A DNA stretch of 53,722 bases, the filler included, from Circinaria calcarea (lineage: Eukaryota), in the NCBI GenBank assembly GCA_051942165.1. It is 4 parts of 4 records of this genome, joined end to end, with 100 filler letters (N's around TTAATTAATTAA, not from the genome) between each part and the next. Parts side by side here need not be neighbours in the genome. Positions count along the whole stretch, not along the records: positions 40,390 to 53,722 come from JAVECS010000511.1; 3 more parts are not named here. One strand, written 5' to 3'. Under the pieces are notes generated by a model. That model worked only from the letters and a program-made list of their open reading frames with translations, was not told the origin of the DNA and ran no database searches. This document shows positions 48,189 through 53,722 of this stretch, piece by piece. Both the position numbers and the translations under genes were made by a program. The first letter of the stretch is position 1. Each line of letters opens with the position of its first letter.

Positions 48189-51100
48189 TCAAGAGAAAAA
48201 GTACTGGCTGTCCTTGAGCCTTGAAACATCGAAATCGCCCTGCAATTCTGGTCAATAAATATACGAGGACGGTGTGCAATTCTTGGACATACCTTTGGCG
48301 GAACCGGAGGAAAGGTCAAGGGCACCCATACCCAAATCTTCCTGTTCAATCTGGCGTTCCTGTTGAATTGTGCCTTTTTTTGTGCCTGTAGGTCCCCAAC
48401 GTCATCTGTTGACTTGGCACCTTCAATTAAAGCATCTTCCGTGGTGAGTTCCGCCGTCGAATCCCCAGCGTTATCGAATTCATCGAGGTCGTCCGAGCCG
48501 TGCTCTATCCCCTTCCCTATTACAGAAAGCACCTCCCCAATGCCATTCTCCAAGAGCTCCAAGGGGACAAAGTCATCCTCGTTTGCAGTCTCTGCGACAA
48601 GCCTTGATGGCGTCATCATTGATTCTCCTTGTAAACGTTCTGCAGGATCAGTGGACGCGAGCAGTCGCATACGGCGCCGTTCCATCAAAAGTTCATCGAT
48701 TCTGCCGCGCTCCTGAGCTCGACGGTCTGTTGCTCTTTCTTTCCTATGTAGGCGAAGTTTCTGAATTCGCTTACCGAGGGCACTGTTCTTTTTTATGGGG
48801 GCAAGGTACACGTAGTCCTTGTATCTTGCAGAAAACTCTGCCGCGAGACGACCAATAATGTTCTCGGAATGCATTTTGATAAAGGCATCTCGCAGCACAC
48901 TATTCATAGTATCTACATCTGCCGCATGTGTCCAGAAGGAATCATGGACGGCGGCAAATGACATTCCCAGTTCGTCGCATTTGAGTGCAGAAAGCATCAT
49001 GTGTGTGGCATCGAGCGAGTGAATGAAGTTTGGAGGAAACGCTTGAAGCTGCTTTCTCTTGCTGACCGTGTCCGAAGCACCGGGCTCCGTTATGGTAAGT
49101 CTCTGTAGTCTTGTGGTGATCGATCGCGCGGTTGCATTTCGATATGGCTGGACAACAGGCATCTTTAACGGGGTAGTCCAAATCACACTTGTTTTGAAAC
49201 GCATCTGCTCGTCTTTGTGCCTCAACTCATTGGTTGGCCGACTCGAGTACGCCGAGGTTTCAATCTTACCTGAGGCGCTGTTTTCGATCCAGTTTACTTG
49301 GTCAGGGCTGAGCGCTTCGCAGATTCGCGAAGCACACTCCCCAAGCCAATACTGGATGTCGTGAGCCCCATTGAACATGGTAGAGAGAGCCTTGAATATT
49401 TTTTGAGCAATGTACCGAGATGCAGTAACATAATTGATTTGCTCAGTGCGTGGGAAGTCAGGGAGAAGGTCTTGCAGTTGCTTCTTCACCTGTAGTTTGG
49501 CACCGTTGAATGTGACCCCGTACACATTGGTCATCACTGTCTGCTTTACGACTTTACGAGTCAATTTCCCATCAAGCAATCGGGCGATCTCGCTGCCCTG
49601 CGCGGCATCCACTGCCACCTCGGCTTTGACCATATTAGCCACCGCGGTGTATATATCAGAGGGTCGATCGCCTGGCTCTAGGTTGACTTGTTTTGCACCG
49701 ATCGCATCGCCTCCAAGCGCGGCATAATGCTGCAAACCATTGCAGGTACCGTCTTGATGAATTGGGAGATATGACACGAATTTTGCAGGATCCGGCGACT
49801 CGAGTGCGTTTTTCAATTCCATGCACGCAGCGAGGCACTGCCACGGGTCTTCAGCTTTCAGCCACCATTTATCACCGTCGAGCGGTTTCGTGGCAGAGTC
49901 ATAAATATCCGAAAGGTGGTTTGTCGCAAAGTCTCGTCGCTCATCGAAGCTTGCCTTGTCAAAACCAAAGACATTTGCCAAGTGAACTTTTAGCCATGTT
50001 AACCCAGCAGTCCCTAGCTCTTTGCCCTTGCCAAACATGAGTAAGCCACGACAGTTATCTGAGCCCATATGGTTGAGATATGGCGGTATGGGGTAGGCCC
50101 GTCCACGGAAATCCGCGTTGTGTGGAAAATAAAAGGTTTCGTTAAGATATGCTCGGGCAACCTCGAGTACAAAGTTTTGAAAGCATCTCTGAGAGTGGAA
50201 TGACGATCGTTCGTTGTTGATTTCTTTGAGACGATATGCCCATTCCTTGCGTGCCTGGTTGTTCTCCGACGATTCTGGTTCCACAGGATATTCGTATTGT
50301 GGGTCTTCTGGTGCAATGTTTGCCACACGTTCACCGGTGTTCCAAGCCTTGACCATGATATCGAAAACTCCACGGTTGATCCTCCAAGGTGTTTTTCCCA
50401 ACACGTCGAGGCTCGCGAATACCTGGGCCATATCCCCATGGTCCGACGCAGCACGAATATACTTGCGTAGTTGTTCTTGCCCTGATCCGATACGTACTAC
50501 ATTTTTAGGATAGCGTATGAATCCACCCTGTTTGAAGCCAGTCCAGGGAACAGGCTCCACAACCATTGGCAAGTTCTTCGACAACGCGGAGCTTACAGGT
50601 TCCCTACTAAGTTTCGCACTCAAAGCCGCGTTCATCCGTACGATTCCAACTCGCTTCCCCGATTCATATCTATGACTGTTGCAAAAGACAGGTTGTATTT
50701 CGTCTAGTACTTCCTCGGTTTCTTCACTGCGGCGAATTATCTTCATTTTCGCAGCTTGAATAAGGTACGAAAGCAGGACAGCGCCAACCTTCGATCTGAT
50801 GGCCATGGGCCAAGCCTGATCTCTTTTGAGAAAGTTAGAAGTGTCAGTGTTGTGTATCATCTTTGCAAGAGAGTCATGTGGTTGCTTTCTCTTAATCAGG
50901 TATGCTAGCTTCATCGATCGGTCGTGAGGGCTCAAGTCTTTCCAGATTCCTGAATTACGGTCGTTCATCATGGATTCAGCAATACTCTCATCTTGAATTG
51001 CATTTCCGAGTCTGCTAACCAAGCCACTTATTTTGGATCCTTTGTCAACTCCATGTGCACTCATCGTCGATAGAGTACTAAGTATGGTGACCGCAGCAAG

Positions 51101-52574
51101 CTTCTCAGGAGACAGGTACTGAAGGAATGGCCCGTAAAGGCAGCGCTCTTGGTCCACCTCACCTCTGAACTCTTTAGTTTCCGCTTCGTTTGCCTTGCAA
51201 ATCTCTTCCTTTAGGAGCGGAGTCAAAGCCACATGCCATTGCCACATCAGTGATCCTATACCCTGCATATTACCATTAGTTCCAAACTGCTTCACCTCCA
51301 AAGTATGCTCCGTACGCCAACGATCCAACGCAGAGTCAAGAGTGTCCTGCTCGAGGCGCTCTTGACGTAGAAAGGCATGCGCGTGTGCTATCTCTTCAGG
51401 CGATCCTTGTAATCCCTCTGGATAGGACATCATTGAAGGTTCCGAGAATATAGACAATGACTTTTGAAGTGTTTTCAGTCCAAGGCCCTTTATCTTCACA
51501 GACCGTATTTCGGGTACATCCGAAAGCAAAGGTTTAGATACCTTCTCGGGCAGAGGGGAGGAACTGTTCGTTGTATCGTCTGCAATAGCCTCTGCAAAAG
51601 CCTCTGGGGCAGGATGGAAAGTCATGGGCGCCATCTGTATCAATCAACATGCAGTCCATAACACCGATAGCGGGAGGAGAACATACTCGAGTAACTCTAC
51701 CAATTTCCTGTTCATTGAGCATACCCAATGCAACCGTCATAGCTTCATCCATGATACCAGCCTCATCAGCCAAAGCAATATATCGTCGAACGGTTCGATC
51801 AATCTTGGCTTGTTTCGACTCCTGAAGTGCGGCCTGGATCATGAGAGCAATGGTAGTAGGATCCGGAGCAATGCCTCTTGCGCACATATCCACTTCAAAC
51901 CATTTTTGTACCTGTCTGAGCAGGTCCTGGTCCTTAGTCCTCACTATCTTCCTCACAAGGGATCCAATGTACTCATTATGTAGCGCAAGTAGCTCAGGGG
52001 CGTCAACTTTGTATATCGTATTCAGCCTTCGCATAGTTGCAGCAGCGCGATCAAGTCGTCCAACCTGTAGGCATGCCCGAAGTGTCTCTTCGATTTCATT
52101 GACTGAGCCACTAACGCCATTGTCGTTGCGAAACTTGCGCGGAGCCTTCGTAAGAGAGTCTTGAATAATCAACGGTGCTGACGGGTCGAAGGTCAAATCG
52201 GTGAGGTTACCGCTACGAGACCACGGTAAATTGAAGGTAGTGTCCGTGTTCTGTTGTGAACTAGGAACCTCCCAGGGAATGTAATCTTCTGGCCGTCCCC
52301 CATATTGTGAAGCGCCATGGTCAAAATTGGTAGCGTATGCAAAACCCCTACTCCGAGGCCGATGATAGATGGTGGCAAGTGATTGAGCTTTTAGAGGTAA
52401 GGGCGCCGGGGTCGTCGTCTGCCTCCCCGATGTTACCGTAGACTTCTTCCGAGAGCATTCGAGATTCGAAAACAGAGCTGGACATAGCCATGGTAGATTG
52501 AGCTGCTCGAAGGCAGGTTGGAGGCCTCTGCGTCCATGCCTTTGGAACTTTCGCCGCGAAGTTCGAACAAGCAT
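48189..52574 (-). CDS. RPO41: Mitochondrial DNA-directed RNA polymerase (T7-like), 3 exons
   Basis: DFRGRAYP, HQDGTCNGLQHY (motif A), RKVVKQTVMTNVYG (B), FPPNFIHSLDATHM, AVHDSFWTH (C); spliced C-terminus PPK|GDFDVSRLKDSQYFFS*; Arg/Ser-rich presequence MLVRTSRRK. Confidence 0.97.
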
Positions 52575-53407
52575 GCTCCTCAGTACAACCTCGGTTACTG
52601 CCAACTATAAGCAAGGAGTCAAAGGATATTTGCGGCAAAAAGGGATTATGAGAAAGGCGCGGCGGTGGATATGAATTGGTGAATGTAAAATCGCGTCGGT
52701 GATGATATCGTACATAGAAAGGAGCTCCAAAAAATTCAACCTTATCCATAGCCGCGAGACGCCGGTCCGTTAAACCCTCCGAAGACAACTCACGTGATTG
52801 ATGGAGCCGCAGTGATCAAGTCTTTTAACCGAATTTCTAGACGTTTATACGGTTTACAAACATTTGATAAGATGCTCATTCGCACAGGGAAGGTCTTCCA
52901 GCATCAAATCATCACCTTCAGCAACGGTTTCTGCTAAGCCGCCTCGAAAGGAGTTGAAGCTCTTCAAACGTGTACGTAACCTCAACGAACGAGTCTTATC
53001 AATCAATACGAAACTGCTAGAGGGCGATCCTTAAAATATGTCATCTAACTAAAAATACAGAGCTAAAATTATTGATTTTTCGATCGAAAACAGAGCGCCT
53101 TCGGAAATACTCCTTTTCATCTATCTACTTAGGGGATAACCTGGTATAGATAGGGTCTCCCCCCCCACAAAAAAAAGAGAAGATGCAGGCGCCACTACCC
53201 ATGATCGGGAGGAACCTCTGTCGGGATTTCCCAAGGTTTGGGCTCGAATATGTTGATGGACTTTATCCACTTTACCATGTTAGAGTACTTCCGGGGGGCG
53301 TCCACTTAGCTATCGAGCAGGCTATCACAGGGTAGGTAGTTTTCTCTATGCATAATACTTGTCAGCTTAGGACTGATACCACCAATGATAACCATGGCAT
53401 ATTAGCG

Positions 53408-53722
53408 TCAAATTGAGATATTTATGTAGCGATTAATGCGAACTTGTCTTGTTAATACCTCGTACAGCTGGGTGCACTTTCTTATTTCCCTAGTCTTCCC
53501 GGAATAGAGAACCTCCCCATCATCGAAAGTCGTGGTAATCTTAACGCTGAATATCCACGATCCGCCCGTATGATAGTTATAGAGGATCTTCCTAATAATA
53601 TCAAATAAACCTTCATCACCCCGAAAAAACAAACCCAACATCTCCCCCCTTAGCTTTCCACACTCTCTCTCACCTTCTCCCACTCACCCTTTAAAAAAAC
53701 CCCTCCGAAATCACCCCACCCC
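53408..53722 (-). CDS. Possible 3' end of an unknown gene cut by the window edge
   Basis: Frame is open from the window edge to a stop at 53408, with no recognised motif. Confidence 0.3.

Overview
Fungal (Pezizomycotina-type) nuclear DNA with GT-AG introns and CTRAC branch sites. It is four contigs of almost identical, strictly decreasing length (13390, 13364, 13335, 13333 bp) joined by 100-nt N spacers carrying TTAATTAATTAA, so adjacency across the gaps is probably artificial. Contig 1 holds core genes (FYV10 3' end, BMT5, PTH1), a dispersed 5S rRNA gene, and a linked accessory block: YqfO/NIF3-like protein, ABM-like barrel, PhyH dioxygenase, a methyltransferase with one nonsense codon, and a cellulose-synthase-like GT2. 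Contig 2 holds an alpha/beta-hydrolase-NACHT-WD40 NLR, a fructosamine-3-kinase-family gene, a DHA1 MFS transporter and a long truncated ORF. Contig 3 is mostly decayed sequence (including a DEAD-box helicase relic), plus a PD-(D/E)xK-like gene, a ~600-bp long-TIR element and terminal repeats. Contig 4 holds repeat relics, fused pseudogene fragments, a small heptad-repeat coiled-coil protein, a sugar porter and mitochondrial RNA polymerase RPO41. All family calls come from motif recognition by eye; no searches were run.
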